A DNA stretch of 63,233 bases, the filler included, from Trichomonas gallinae (taxonomy: Eukaryota), in assembly GCA_008369845.1 (NCBI GenBank). It is 5 parts of 5 records of this genome, joined end to end, with 100 filler letters (N's around TTAATTAATTAA, not from the genome) between each part and the next. Parts side by side here need not be neighbours in the genome. Positions count along the whole stretch, not along the records: positions 1 to 27,903 come from MRSU01000378.1; 4 more parts are not named here. One strand, given 5' to 3'. Positions 1 to 11,062 of the stretch are shown here, piece by piece. Every line of letters starts with the position of its first letter. Positions within the stretch are counted from its first letter, which is position 1. A program made the translations under genes and the position numbers. A model generated the notes under the pieces. That model worked only from the letters and a program-made list of their open reading frames with translations. It made no database searches and had not been told where the DNA came from.

Positions 1-71
1 GTTCCATAGTGTAATGGCTATCACTGGGGACTCTGAATCCCTAAATCCAGGTTCGATTCCTGGTGGAACCA
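1..71 (+). tRNA. tRNA-Gln(CTG), first base cut off by the window edge
   Basis: Acceptor (G)GTTCCA/TGGAACC, anticodon arm GGGGA-CT CTG AA-TCCCT, T-arm CCAGG-TTCGATT-CCTGG, followed by a T-run (Pol III terminator). Confidence 0.95.
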
Positions 72-489
72 AATTTTTTCTTTTTTGAAATTATTCATTT
101 CACCATTTTAAATGGGTCAAATCTTAATATGCAACAACAATATAATATACTCATGATATATTGCTCTATTTTATTGTAAATTAAATATGATTTCATAAAT
201 TAAATTCTGTAAATTAATAATATCATGGATACATATTTTGTTAAGAAACCAGTTATACAACTCGTAAAATTACTTTACTTTTAACAACATCACGGCGTAG
301 CAATGTTTTAATAGAATCGCAATTCAATCAAACTTTTCTTGAAAGCATTACATCATAATAAACTAGAGAATAAACTACTATTAATTGGAGGAAACTTTTT
401 GCACATACAGATATTAAATAATTTTAGCATTTAAAGATGTTTTACTTTTCAATAAATATTTTGATATGTCACTTTTCTTCTAATAGCAA

Positions 490-1749
490 ATGAGCGAAGA
501 GAATGAAAAGGAGATAGTCAAGCCACCGCCAAAAATTCTCATACACAGATGCACAACTTGCTTCAGAGAGCTCGAAAATGAGCATTTTGCTCTCTGCATT
601 AAATGCAAAGGATTTATTCAGTGTTTGCCTTGTTTAAGCGAGGGAATTGAGAAGGGAACTCATATTAGAGAGCATCCTTTCATCATTGTTCCTCCAACTT
701 TGTCTCCACTCTTTAGAACGGATTGGACTGCGGAAGAAGAAGCGCTATTTCTCGATGCCATTCAAAATTGCGGCCTAGGAAATTTCCAGGATATGGAAGC
801 TATACTTCAATTCAAGTCTGCAAATGAATACGATTCTCATTATATTTCTACATACTTCTGTTCGCCTTATTCTCCTAAGCCAGAGCAAGTCCTCCTCGGT
901 CCTGATGAACCGACGCCGGATCCTCCTTATGATACTACTCCTGTACAGTCTTATCCATCAGATAATATAGAAGAGAACTTGAGATTGATTGGAAAAGAGA
1001 AGCCTGACACTCCTGGTGAAATAGCTGGTTTTATGCCGAAAAGAATGGAGTATGATTCTGAATTTCGAGAATCAGCTGATCAATTAATTTGCGATTTAGT
1101 CATAGATGAAAATACAACTCCAACAGACTTTCAAGATGCACTCAATAAATTACATGCTTACGATGCAATTATTGAAGAGAGAGAATTAAGAATTAAAATT
1201 GCCGTCGATTTTGGCTTAAACAAGAAAGAATACAAGCCACAGATCGGTCCAACAGTCGAAGAGAATGAAGCAGCTACAAAAATACTTCCTCTGGCTCCAT
1301 ATATCGGCAAGCAAAGAACAGAAGAAATAATTAGAATGTTAAGTGAGAAAATTAAGTTAAATTCTTTAATCAGCACAAGAAATAGATGGCAGGCACAAGG
1401 TGTTCGTTCGATTCAAGAAGGAAATTTATTACACGAATTAGAAAGATTAATACAAAACAACAAATTACCATCTAATTCGATCGAAAAATGGAATGAAAAG
1501 ATCGAAGAGTTCAATAGGAACATTGATCCTTCAGATACACCTTTATTAGATAAAAATGAAGTCGAACTTTGTAAAAAAGAAGGAATTCCGAAGCCACTCT
1601 ATCAATCACTGAAAGATTTGATTATAAGAGAGTTTGCAGCACGTGGATCATTATCTCATTCTGAATGTTGCGATTTGGATCCTAAGCATGCGAATTATCT
1701 CGACAGAATGTATGAATTATTTACCGATGTTGGTTGGGTTTGTGAATAA
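490..1749 (+). CDS. ADA2: Transcriptional adaptor Ada2-like protein (ZZ zinc finger, SANT, SWIRM)
   Basis: CxxC..CxxC..CxxC..HxxxH ZZ finger, WTAEEEALFLDAI..GLGNF SANT, GFMPKRMEYDSEF Ada2 box, C-terminal SWIRM ending GWV; Inr TCACTT upstream; stop TAAA. Confidence 0.9.
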   Translation: MSEENEKEIVKPPPKILIHRCTTCFRELENEHFALCIKCKGFIQCLPCLSEGIEKGTHIREHPFIIVPPTLSPLFRTDWTAEEEALFLDAIQNCGLGNFQDMEAILQFKSANEYDSHYISTYFCSPYSPKPEQVLLGPDEPTPDPPYDTTPVQSYPSDNIEENLRLIGKEKPDTPGEIAGFMPKRMEYDSEFRESADQLICDLVIDENTTPTDFQDALNKLHAYDAIIEERELRIKIAVDFGLNKKEYKPQIGPTVEENEAATKILPLAPYIGKQRTEEIIRMLSEKIKLNSLISTRNRWQAQGVRSIQEGNLLHELERLIQNNKLPSNSIEKWNEKIEEFNRNIDPSDTPLLDKNEVELCKKEGIPKPLYQSLKDLIIREFAARGSLSHSECCDLDPKHANYLDRMYELFTDVGWVCE

Positions 1750-2108
1750 ATTGTTATATTTATATTTTACAAAACAAGTATATTTTAATGGGTCTTTTCT
1801 TATCTCATACAATCTTTATATGAACTTATAATGTTATGTTCCTGATAAATTGATTTGAAAAATAAGAAGATGAAGAAAAATATTCAAATTTTTAACTGAT
1901 TTCAAAAAAAATTGGATTAAAATATTAGTGTGTTCAATGTATATATCTATTTTTAAATTGATTTAATACAAATTTATAACATTTCTAAATCAAATCTATA
2001 TATGAGCACATCTCTTTTATCATTTATTGCTCTAATATGAATAAATAACAACAGCATTCTTATATTACAACCAGTACTGACTTCTTAAGCCGCAAGGATT
2101 GAAGTATG

Positions 2109-2678
2109 TTAATCAGATTCAATCCTGACTGTATAATATTCTATCTGTTTGTCATACTCTTTCTTCTCTTCTGACATGCTTTGAATATGTTTCATGATTA
2201 ATTTTTTATCGGCGTCATTTGCTGTCTCAAATGATACCAAAAGCCTTTCAGATTCAGACATAATATCGCGTACTTTATGCTCAAGTAAGCTCAACTGGCG
2301 TTTATAATTCTTTTGATCATATTCATAACGTTTTTTAAGTTCTTTTTGTTTTGATTTGATTGCTTTCATATCAATGTAATCTAATAAGTCTGTATTGTTC
2401 TCCTCATCTTTTTGTTTTGCTTCGAAAAGGATTAATCTATTATTTGCAAATGGTGTTGTTGAGTTTATTGCATATAGAACTGATTTTGATTTGACATATT
2501 GTATTTCAGCAAAGTTTTGCCCGATATATATTGAAGAAATTTCCCCAAACATTATAAAATGCCTTTCAATGTTCAAAATCGTATTATCTTTGTCTGGTAT
2601 ATTCTTTAATACAAGTATTTTCGAGTTCTTTTTGTCCTTGCTGCGCCTCTTTTTCGAGTGTGCATGTTTCGAAGTCAT
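2109..2678 (-). CDS. RRM plus coiled-coil protein (RBM26/27-type RRM)
   Basis: LKNIP..N....HF..FGEI..I......IQY......PFANNRLI resembles the RBM26/27 RRM; basic N-terminus; Inr-like TCACTT upstream. Confidence 0.65.
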   Translation of the reverse strand: MTSKHAHSKKRRSKDKKNSKILVLKNIPDKDNTILNIERHFIMFGEISSIYIGQNFAEIQYVKSKSVLYAINSTTPFANNRLILFEAKQKDEENNTDLLDYIDMKAIKSKQKELKKRYEYDQKNYKRQLSLLEHKVRDIMSESERLLVSFETANDADKKLIMKHIQSMSEEKKEYDKQIEYYTVRIESD

Positions 2679-2928
2679 GATTTTGAAAAGTGATATGAAA
2701 ATATGCCAAAATTCAAACTTTTACATGTCATTTTTATATTTACTTGGCAGGATTTTCGAGAATACAATTAATTCAAATAGACTTATGCTAATGAAATATA
2801 AATTAAGGATATAAACAAATCTTAAATCAAATTTGATGTTTTTTCTAGCTTTGAATGTGATGAATGCCTTAACATTTTGAAATAGATTTAACCTATAAAT
2901 GAAAAAGAATATACATGTTTTGTTTTAT

Positions 2929-4029
2929 TCAATAAGTTTCCATGGTAATCACAACAGATACAATAAAATTTTTAATAAAGATCAAAAATGAGTAGTTTTG
3001 AGCACAACTTATATTATTTGGATATATAAATGGTATAATTGTTATCCTGGCTGCACCTGATCCAACATGTCCAATGACTTTTTCTTTCGTTTCATATGCA
3101 GATCTAAATGACTCATATCCGTTCTTCATAACAGTTTCTTTAAAATAAATTCCTGAGTAATGAATAGGCTGGTTTGTGTGGTTCATGTTTGTCTCATTGT
3201 AATTTTCTGCAATAGCGTTGCAGCCATAATGACCTGAGATGAAAGATGAACCACTCGAACCAGTGCATGTAACTGAGGATACCCAGCCACCTCCTCCACC
3301 TCCATAGTAACCACTACCTGCTCCAGCACCCCACTCTCCACCTATTTGATAACCTCCGTATCCAAATCCGCCATCTGTTCCAGAACAGCTGAAATCTTGA
3401 GATGAAATGGCACCTTTTCCGGGTTTTGTTTGAGTTGGAGCTGTAGACTTTTTCAGAGTATAGCCGTCTTGGTTTACACCTTGTAGGAAGCCTTCAAAGC
3501 CAGTTAAAGCACCACCTGGGACTCCTTGATAGTCTGCTGAATGATCTTGGCTTCCAGATCCCCCTGCAGCAACCATTATTCGCGATTTTAATGACTCGAG
3601 GTTATTCCAAGATCCGAGAATCAGTCTCATATCTGTTGCACCTCCTCCTGAGCCACTTTGTTGTTTTCTTTGCGAATTTGGCGATCCGTATGTTCCTTTT
3701 CCACCTCCATTATATGTTGATGGACCTGCAGCAGTACCTTTACCGCCAAGATAAAAGAAAAATTTGGAGATATTTTTGACTATCAAATATCCAGATGTGT
3801 ATGCACCATGGCCACCCATAGAATCAACATAGTAGCCTCCTGACGCTCCATAAAGTTCAATTCGATATATACCTGAGTTTAAATTTAATTCATAAGGACT
3901 ACAGTCTTGTGCTTGGCATGGATAATATAGTGATAATTGGAGCTTATTATCACTATATGTAAAATTTGGTTCTCCTTTAGATGGATCTGATAATGTTGGA
4001 TCAGAGTGAAAACTAATTTTTCACTTCAT
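2929..4029 (-). CDS. Glycine-rich (ALK/LTK Gly-rich-domain-like) trichomonad family protein; in-frame TGA at codon 3
   Basis: GGGATDMR, SRIMVAAGG, GYYGGGGG, SGSSFISG motifs. The frame stays open upstream of the tracked ATG (3819) to 4020, encoding YPC..DCSPYE..L..G.Y.IELYGASGG. ATG at 4029 is followed by AAG TGA. Confidence 0.75.
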
Positions 4030-4218
4030 AAAATTGTGAATTGTTGGTTGATTTTTTCAATCAATACAACGGTAGACTATTGAAAAGTCAGCAAATAATA
4101 AATGGGTTGCAATGAATCAGATTTGATTAATTTTAAAATCTCAATAAATTCACGAAATATTTTTATAAATCAGTTCTAGTTATTGAAATACAAAAAAAGA
4201 GATTTAGAAAATGATAAT

Positions 4219-4496
4219 TTTACGTGTCAAATACAATAATTTACATTACATTTTCGATTTTACAGTGTCAAATATTCAAAAAGTGCAAAAATTGCATGTC
4301 AAATAAAATTATTTACATAGCAAATTCAATTTAATAATGACAAAATGTCAAAATAATAAAATCCTTTTACATGTCAAATTCTCTGGTTTATATGACAATT
4401 TTGGGTTTTACAGTGTCAAAATGTCAAAAATTATAGAATAATTTACATGTCAATTATCATGTTTACATGTCAAGAAAATATGAAATGTCACTTTTT
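4219..4496 (+). promoter_or_regulatory. Array of ~10 TTTAC(A/G)TGTCA-type motifs ending in an Inr
   Basis: Copies such as tttacgtgtcaaa 4219, tttacagtgtcaaa 4259 and 4407, ttttacatgtcaaa 4365, tttacatgtcaa 4442 and 4462, then tgTCACTTTT about 20 nt before ATG 4512. Confidence 0.6.
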
Positions 4497-4511
4497 AAAT
4501 TTCGAAAACAA

Positions 4512-5576
4512 ATGGTAACTTATTTAGAATTCTTAGATTTATTCGATAAAAATAATCAAGATGAACTTAAAATCTATTCTAAACTCGGAACTCTAATATC
4601 TCTCGTATTAACTGGCCTGAGTTTTCTTTTATTTGTCGCGAATATTGCAGTTTACGTTTATCCTGAAATTTACAGAGATTTATCGGTATCACCAACATTA
4701 ATAACCACCACAGAAGTTGTTAATCTATCCCTTACAATCAGACTCTCTATGCCCTGCTACTTTTTACATATTGATCAAATGGACACGTTAGGATTCCAAG
4801 AATCATATATTAAGAGTACTGTTACATTCAGAAGAGTCAATGAACTCGGAAAAATCATTGGTCTCGCTAACGAATCGTTGGTTGATGAATGCCACTCGTG
4901 CTACAACTATTCTGATCCATCAGACTGCTGTAATACATGCGAAAAATTAAGTTTCTTAGCGGCTATTCGTGGAATGCCGTTCAATCCAAACGATTTTCAA
5001 GTTTGCAAGGAAAATCCAAAGCAACCGGAAATAACTGTGAATGAAAAATGCTTAGTTAAAGGCAAGCTCACTATCAACCGCGTTGCAGGAACTTTTCACA
5101 TTGCTCCAGGAAGAAATATGAAAGGACAACAATATCCGCACGAATTGGTTCAGTCATCATTCCACGACCTTTCACATAACATTGAGAGACTCAGATTCGG
5201 TCCACATATCCCAAGAACATCAAATCCACTTGATAATTTCAGAGAAATTCAGAAAGTTCCACAAAGAGACAGAACATATCAATATAATTTATTGGTAACA
5301 CCTGTTGTATTCATGAGAGATGGAAAGGAAGTCACTAGAGGCTACGAATACACCGCATTTCAAAATGAAATGGATTCAAATCCTTTCTTTGGTGTCTTCC
5401 CTGGTTTATACTTCTTCTATCAGTTTACACCATACACAATTGTCGTTGTTTCGAACAGACAACCTTTCCTTTCTTTCATCTCAAATACTTTCGGAGTAAT
5501 CAGCGGAATCTATGCATTACTGTCCCTTCTTGATGCACTCATTGACAATCAGGAAGATTCAGGAATGACTTTGTAA
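4512..5576 (+). CDS. ER-Golgi intermediate compartment protein, Erv41/Erv46 (ERGIC3) family
   Basis: LDLF.K N-terminus plus TM, MPC..L.ID.MD, CxSCY..CCNTC, C.V.G....NRVAGTFHIAPG, LSH.I..L.FG..NPLD, PGLYFFY, C-terminal TM. Start placed at the ATG after the Inr. Confidence 0.9.
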   Translation: MVTYLEFLDLFDKNNQDELKIYSKLGTLISLVLTGLSFLLFVANIAVYVYPEIYRDLSVSPTLITTTEVVNLSLTIRLSMPCYFLHIDQMDTLGFQESYIKSTVTFRRVNELGKIIGLANESLVDECHSCYNYSDPSDCCNTCEKLSFLAAIRGMPFNPNDFQVCKENPKQPEITVNEKCLVKGKLTINRVAGTFHIAPGRNMKGQQYPHELVQSSFHDLSHNIERLRFGPHIPRTSNPLDNFREIQKVPQRDRTYQYNLLVTPVVFMRDGKEVTRGYEYTAFQNEMDSNPFFGVFPGLYFFYQFTPYTIVVVSNRQPFLSFISNTFGVISGIYALLSLLDALIDNQEDSGMTL

Positions 5577-6027
5577 TTTTTATATTATTTTTTGTTTTTC
5601 TTGTTTTTTATTAAATTTATCAGCCTTAGAATTTGCCATATTTCATTGCTATAATATCAAAAATCATGATTATCAAATGGGAAATTATTTATAATTCAAA
5701 AATTCTCATTGAAGGCTTGTTTCTTGTGAATATCTTTAATTCGAGTATTTATATCGTTTAGTTATTCCTAACATTGAACTTATTGTTTTAATTTAAAAAA
5801 AAATTATATCAAGCTTAATTTATCGAATTAAAAAACATGCTTTCATAGTATTCAAGATAATATTATTAAGCATTTATATTATTTTATAGTATTTACCATA
5901 ATTTCGATATTTCATTTATTGAATAGGCTTTTTAATGTTACCAAATAAGGAGTGATAAGAAACATTATACATTTATTCACATATAAAATATATTATCATA
6001 AAAAAACAAGAATGCAAATAAAAAAAA

Positions 6028-8922
6028 TTAGTTTGCAATTCCCTGATGCTGGATTGCGAAGAAAGTCAAAGCGTCCTCCGTTTTGTCACTTTCATTCGCT
6101 CCGCATATCGACCGAATCGAGCGTTCGATCGTCTGCAAGCGCTCCAACTCCGTCTTCAAGTTAATGACAGCCGCCTGGAAAGCGTTTGCATCAATTGTCG
6201 TGTTTATGTCGACGAATCTGTGGAAGTTCTGTGCGAATGTGTTTATCAGAACTCTCTCCTTCTGTTCGTACTCCTGTTTGATCGCGTAAGCGTATTCACT
6301 TCTCTTTATATCAGCGTTTATCATCACTGATCTTTGCTGAGCCTCGAACAACTTCCTCTGACGTTCAGCGCATTCTATGGAATTCTTTCGCTGCGCTTCA
6401 CTCATAGAGACTTGTCTTTCTAACTCTTTAACTTTTTGCAATAAATATTGACATTTTTGCTCGTTATTCTTTAGAGCTTCTGTTGTTTTTGTGACTAAAT
6501 CTGAATCTGTCTTCGATCTCTTCTTGTATTCGTTGATTTGGTTCTCGTAGTTGTTTGTCAGTTGCTCGCGCTCTTTAACTATTTGCTCGTCGAAAATCAT
6601 TTTCTGTTCTTCGACTTTATTCGTTAGCATTTCTACCTCTTCTGCTAAGTTTTGTGATCTTTTAGTTTGCTTTTCGAGTTCGTCGTTTAATCTCGCTATT
6701 TGCTGCTCTTTCTCGCCTATCTGTCTGGCTGCAGCCATTTTATCGTGATTCGCATTGCTTAAGTGTTGATTTGACTGATTTAATTTATCGATTTTTGACA
6801 TTTCAATTTGAGAAAGTAAATCATCATAACTTTCTCTGACTTCATCCACTTCATCTTTGCATTGCTGCCTTAATTCAGCCATTTCATTGACTAAATCGCA
6901 GCACTGTTTGCGCGAGTTCGTTAGCTGTTCGCGGAGCTTGTTCTTTTCGTGCTCACTGTCTTTCAATGAATCCTTCAGCTGATCTATACTGTAGACCAAT
7001 TTTTGTTCTGCTTTTCCGAAAGCTTTCTTGAGCATCTTGATTTCGTGCTTTAAGTTGTCTATCGTGTTCTGTGAGTCTTCTAGTTGACGCGCTAAATTGT
7101 TTAACTGTTTCTCGCGTTTGGCAGAATTCGTCAAAATGTCTTCAAGACTGTTTTGCTCTACTTGGCGAAGGAAATTTTCGATTTTTGAATTCGATGAAAG
7201 CAATTCAGCATTTAACGTGTCTATTTCATCCTTCAATGCCAAAATTGCTTCAACAGCATTGTTTTCATCAATGTCTTCTCCTAATACATCTGTTAAGCCG
7301 GACATTAACTGTACGTGTTTCCTGTTGAAATCATTAATGGAAGACTTAAGTTCATCGAGTTCACTTTTTGCTTGTTGGTTAAAATCGATGATGTATTTCG
7401 CTGTCAAGGAAATAACAGACTTTAGTCTGCTGTTATTTGAAGCAGAATAGTTGCTAGCGACTCTTTCTAGTATTTGCCTCAAGTCAGCAGGAAGAGGCTC
7501 GAAATTCCAAATCATAATTTCTTCCGACTTTTGAGGCAAAATCAGAGGTACTGGTTTTTGTATCTTTTCTTCTTTGTGTTCGATGTTTGTTAAAACATTA
7601 ACGAATCTCTGTAATAATGCGACTAATGAGTTCCTTGCAAATGTGAGTTTCTCTATTTCAAGCTTTTGTTCTTCGAATTGGCCCATTAATGTGCTCATTG
7701 ATTCTAAAATTGTGTCTTTTTCATTTTTGAGCGCGATGAATGCTGTGTTTGCTTCATCATTTGAAGCTCTTGCTGCCATGAGTTGTAGTTTCATGCTTTC
7801 TATGTCTTTATTCTTGAAATCTAGTTCGCCATTTAATGTATTTATCTCTTTTTCCAGATTTTCTTGAGTCTGTTGTGGATTCTTTCGTAATTTTTCCGCT
7901 AACTTATCTTTTTGTTGTCTTAAATTCTTGATTTCTTCAAGTAATTCCGTATTTTGATTCTTTAATGCTTTAATTGCCGCGCTCTGATCATCTTTCTGTG
8001 GTGTAGTGATGACACCAACAATAGGAGATTCGTTTATTTTCATGTCTCCAGTGATTTCTTCTGGAATTGAAATAACTTGAACAGAAACATTACGTGTAGG
8101 TTTTCTAGTTTTAAGTTCATTAATCTTATTTTCGTATTCGAGCTGTTGTGCGTTGTTTTCGAGTAAAGATTTCTGTAGTTTGTCCGCAATTTCGGTGATT
8201 TGATTATCTTTTTCGTTTAATCTGAACTGAAATTCTTGCTGCTGATTGAAATAATCGAGCTTCAAGTGTTTGTATTTCTGTTTTTCCTTGTTGATTCTGT
8301 CTTTGAGTTGGTTTAAAATATTTTGATTTTCCGTTTCTTCATTTGCTTGTGGTAATTTGTTGTTTAACTTATTTCTGCTGTCTGACAGATAGTAGTGCAA
8401 TGCGAGTAAGTCGGGAAATTCTGTCTCGAAGAAAACGTTTGCGAGGCTAATTGTCTTTGCGTTGAGAGAATTCATGATTGCGATTTGTTTCTGCATTTCA
8501 CTCTGGACAACAAGTCCATCTTCGATTTTTGATTGCAAATTTTCGACTTCTTTTGAATTATTCAAAATATTTTCGTTTAATTGACGTCTTAATGCTTGCA
8601 TCTCGAAGTTATACGAGCTTTGATTTGATTGTTGTACTGCTTCGAGTTTTCTGTTCAGTTCATAGTTGTTTTTCAAGGAAATGTCAAGTCGCCTTTGTAA
8701 ATCTTGAATATTTGCTAACTGATTTGATAAATTTTGCTTGAGATCTCGATTTTCGCATTTTATGTCTTCGATTTTTTCGAGTTCCTTTAGAGAATCCTCG
8801 AATTGCGCTTTCAATGATTTATTTTCATCAGCAAGTATGCTTTTTTCTTGCTCCAGCTGCTTTATCCGGTCACTCATCGCATATATGTCCAACTCACCAC
8901 TACTTTCGGGAGAGCTTTCCAT
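6028..8922 (-). CDS. Large coiled-coil protein of unknown function
   Basis: 964-aa ORF rich in E/K/Q/L/N heptads. Confidence 0.85.
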   Translation of the reverse strand: MESSPESSGELDIYAMSDRIKQLEQEKSILADENKSLKAQFEDSLKELEKIEDIKCENRDLKQNLSNQLANIQDLQRRLDISLKNNYELNRKLEAVQQSNQSSYNFEMQALRRQLNENILNNSKEVENLQSKIEDGLVVQSEMQKQIAIMNSLNAKTISLANVFFETEFPDLLALHYYLSDSRNKLNNKLPQANEETENQNILNQLKDRINKEKQKYKHLKLDYFNQQQEFQFRLNEKDNQITEIADKLQKSLLENNAQQLEYENKINELKTRKPTRNVSVQVISIPEEITGDMKINESPIVGVITTPQKDDQSAAIKALKNQNTELLEEIKNLRQQKDKLAEKLRKNPQQTQENLEKEINTLNGELDFKNKDIESMKLQLMAARASNDEANTAFIALKNEKDTILESMSTLMGQFEEQKLEIEKLTFARNSLVALLQRFVNVLTNIEHKEEKIQKPVPLILPQKSEEIMIWNFEPLPADLRQILERVASNYSASNNSRLKSVISLTAKYIIDFNQQAKSELDELKSSINDFNRKHVQLMSGLTDVLGEDIDENNAVEAILALKDEIDTLNAELLSSNSKIENFLRQVEQNSLEDILTNSAKREKQLNNLARQLEDSQNTIDNLKHEIKMLKKAFGKAEQKLVYSIDQLKDSLKDSEHEKNKLREQLTNSRKQCCDLVNEMAELRQQCKDEVDEVRESYDDLLSQIEMSKIDKLNQSNQHLSNANHDKMAAARQIGEKEQQIARLNDELEKQTKRSQNLAEEVEMLTNKVEEQKMIFDEQIVKEREQLTNNYENQINEYKKRSKTDSDLVTKTTEALKNNEQKCQYLLQKVKELERQVSMSEAQRKNSIECAERQRKLFEAQQRSVMINADIKRSEYAYAIKQEYEQKERVLINTFAQNFHRFVDINTTIDANAFQAAVINLKTELERLQTIERSIRSICGANESDKTEDALTFFAIQHQGIAN

Positions 8923-9410
8923 ATATATAAGCGGATTATTGACTGGACGTTAAATTTGATAACTTTACAATAATCGTCGACCATAAATAAAATCTTTTTA
9001 AAAAAACTTTTTTTATCATATTTCAATATATCTATATCTAAGCATTTTAAATTTCACATAAAATCGATTATTAAAAATATAACATTATTTATTTAAATTT
9101 GGACGATTTTAATATGAAATTCTGTATTAATATATATTTCCCTGTATATTTTTTGATAAAAAATGATAAAAATATTTTTAAACAAAATTAAGATAATAAG
9201 ATAATGCGTGGGATAGATATAATAAGAAAACAATCGAATTCTTAGTCGATTTTCGTTTTCAGATAAGTATTTCATCATGAAATCGCCAAAGATGTGAATT
9301 AAATGTTGAATGACTGGGCAAAAGAGGTCTGTATGTAATGACAAAACAATAGCTGTGGAAATTTATTAAATAAATGAACAAAATAATTGAAATATAATTT
9401 TCTTGGTGAA

Positions 9411-10001
9411 TTAACAACATCCTGTCTTTTCAGGCTTCTTTGGTTCTGTAATTGTAACACCTGCATCTGCTTCTTTTGTTTTTAATGCCCTCAGAGCTTC
9501 TTGTGCAGCTCCTGCGAAAAGCTCGTGCACGCAGTCGCCCGTTCTTGCAGAAACGAAGTACATGTTGGGGTACTTTTCGCTATATTCCTCTCTAACTTGA
9601 TCAATAGAAACTGTAGCATCTGAGGCCATATCGGTCTTATTGATCGCTACGATAAACGGAGGATTCTCTCCAGCTGTATTTAATCTTTCATGCCAGTTTT
9701 CGATATGTTTGATGGACGCTGGGTCAATTAAGGAGGCAACGAAAATGCAAACCTGAGCCCCACGAGCGTACATAGGAACTAAGGCCGCAAATTGTTCCTG
9801 ACCTGCAGTATCCCATATTTTTAACTCAACATCGTAGTCATCAATTTCGATTACAGTTTTAATATGATTTGTTCCAATCGTAGGAGCTCTCTGAAAACTG
9901 AAAGTCTCCTGGCATTGTTTGATAACGAGTGAGGTTTTTCCAACACCACTATCGCCTAGAACTATGACCTTGAATGATGCGTTCTTTTTGCCTCCTTCCA
10001 T
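9411..10001 (-). CDS. Rab-family small GTPase (divergent RabX type)
   Basis: GDSGVGKT, PTIG, IWDTAGQE, NKTD, SAR motifs; C-terminal CC prenylation signal. Confidence 0.95.
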   Translation of the reverse strand: MEGGKKNASFKVIVLGDSGVGKTSLVIKQCQETFSFQRAPTIGTNHIKTVIEIDDYDVELKIWDTAGQEQFAALVPMYARGAQVCIFVASLIDPASIKHIENWHERLNTAGENPPFIVAINKTDMASDATVSIDQVREEYSEKYPNMYFVSARTGDCVHELFAGAAQEALRALKTKEADAGVTITEPKKPEKTGCC

Positions 10002-11062
10002 TTGGTACTTTACAACCTTTCAAATAATTTCACATGTTTACAACACTCAAATATTACCTCCAGGTTTTTATCATATTTACCTGCCGTGTTTATCGACATC
10101 CTCTACACTGGACTTAGATCTTTCGGTTTCCAGCTAATTTATAGTATAAAAGCATATATCTATTTTTAATAATTTAATTTTCAAAAAATGAACATTTAAG
10201 TTTAATAATAAATGTTTCTAAACCCTAAAAATTTATGTGTTGACATCAAAATTTCGTATACTTGTTTATTAAACCTAAAAATTTTAAAATTTGAATAACT
10301 GTAAAAATATTTCAAAGATTTACAAATCTTTTTCTAATGTTTACATTTATATTTCTAAAGTTTACAATATATTTCAATGGTTAATTTTTGGATCCAATTT
10401 TAAATCAAAAGACAGAGCAGATCAGGGTCCTCTCAATTATGATTTAGATAAAATTTTGACAATGATCAATATACTAACTATTATATGATGATTTTACTTA
10501 AGTTGTTGGAAATTTTATTTGAGTCATCAAAAAAATATATACCCTTAAATTGATACAGTAGATACTATGTGATGCATATGTAATATACTTCGTATTATCG
10601 CTGAAAATAAGTATTTTTCTGATTGTTTCGATTTTAGGATGCAACTGCAAAACGAAAATGGTCTCTCATTTTTATTATTTCGAACCAAAAATGATTTTAT
10701 TAAAGTTGAAATAAGTTCATACTGTAAGTTTCAATGAATGAAAAATTTCACGTTACATAAAATCAATAATAGAATATAATTATTCCATTAGATTGCCTCA
10801 AAAAGATGAACCTTATCTCATGCATCAATGAATTTGATTAATTTAATTAATTTTTCAATAATTTTAAAGTCAATCAAATCTATGTGTAGAATTCATTACC
10901 ATGTTCTCATTGTTTAATATTTAAACCATGAATGAAATATAATATTAATTTTTCAATTTGCTTATATATCATCAAAATTCAAGCATAGTGAGATATATGA
11001 TAACAATTATGGTATACATATAAACAAAATTTATTATAAACAACAATTAGAATAAAAATTAT

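Noticed and set aside
6046..8953. Many short antisense or overlapping ORFs (also inside the cyclase, DnaJ, LRR and XYPPX genes)
   Set aside because: Shadow frames of real genes with biased codon usage; no recognisable motifs.
10040..10140. GC-richer stretch upstream of the Rab gene with three 4-5 bp stems
   Set aside because: Stems are too short, with no snRNA or snoRNA boxes.
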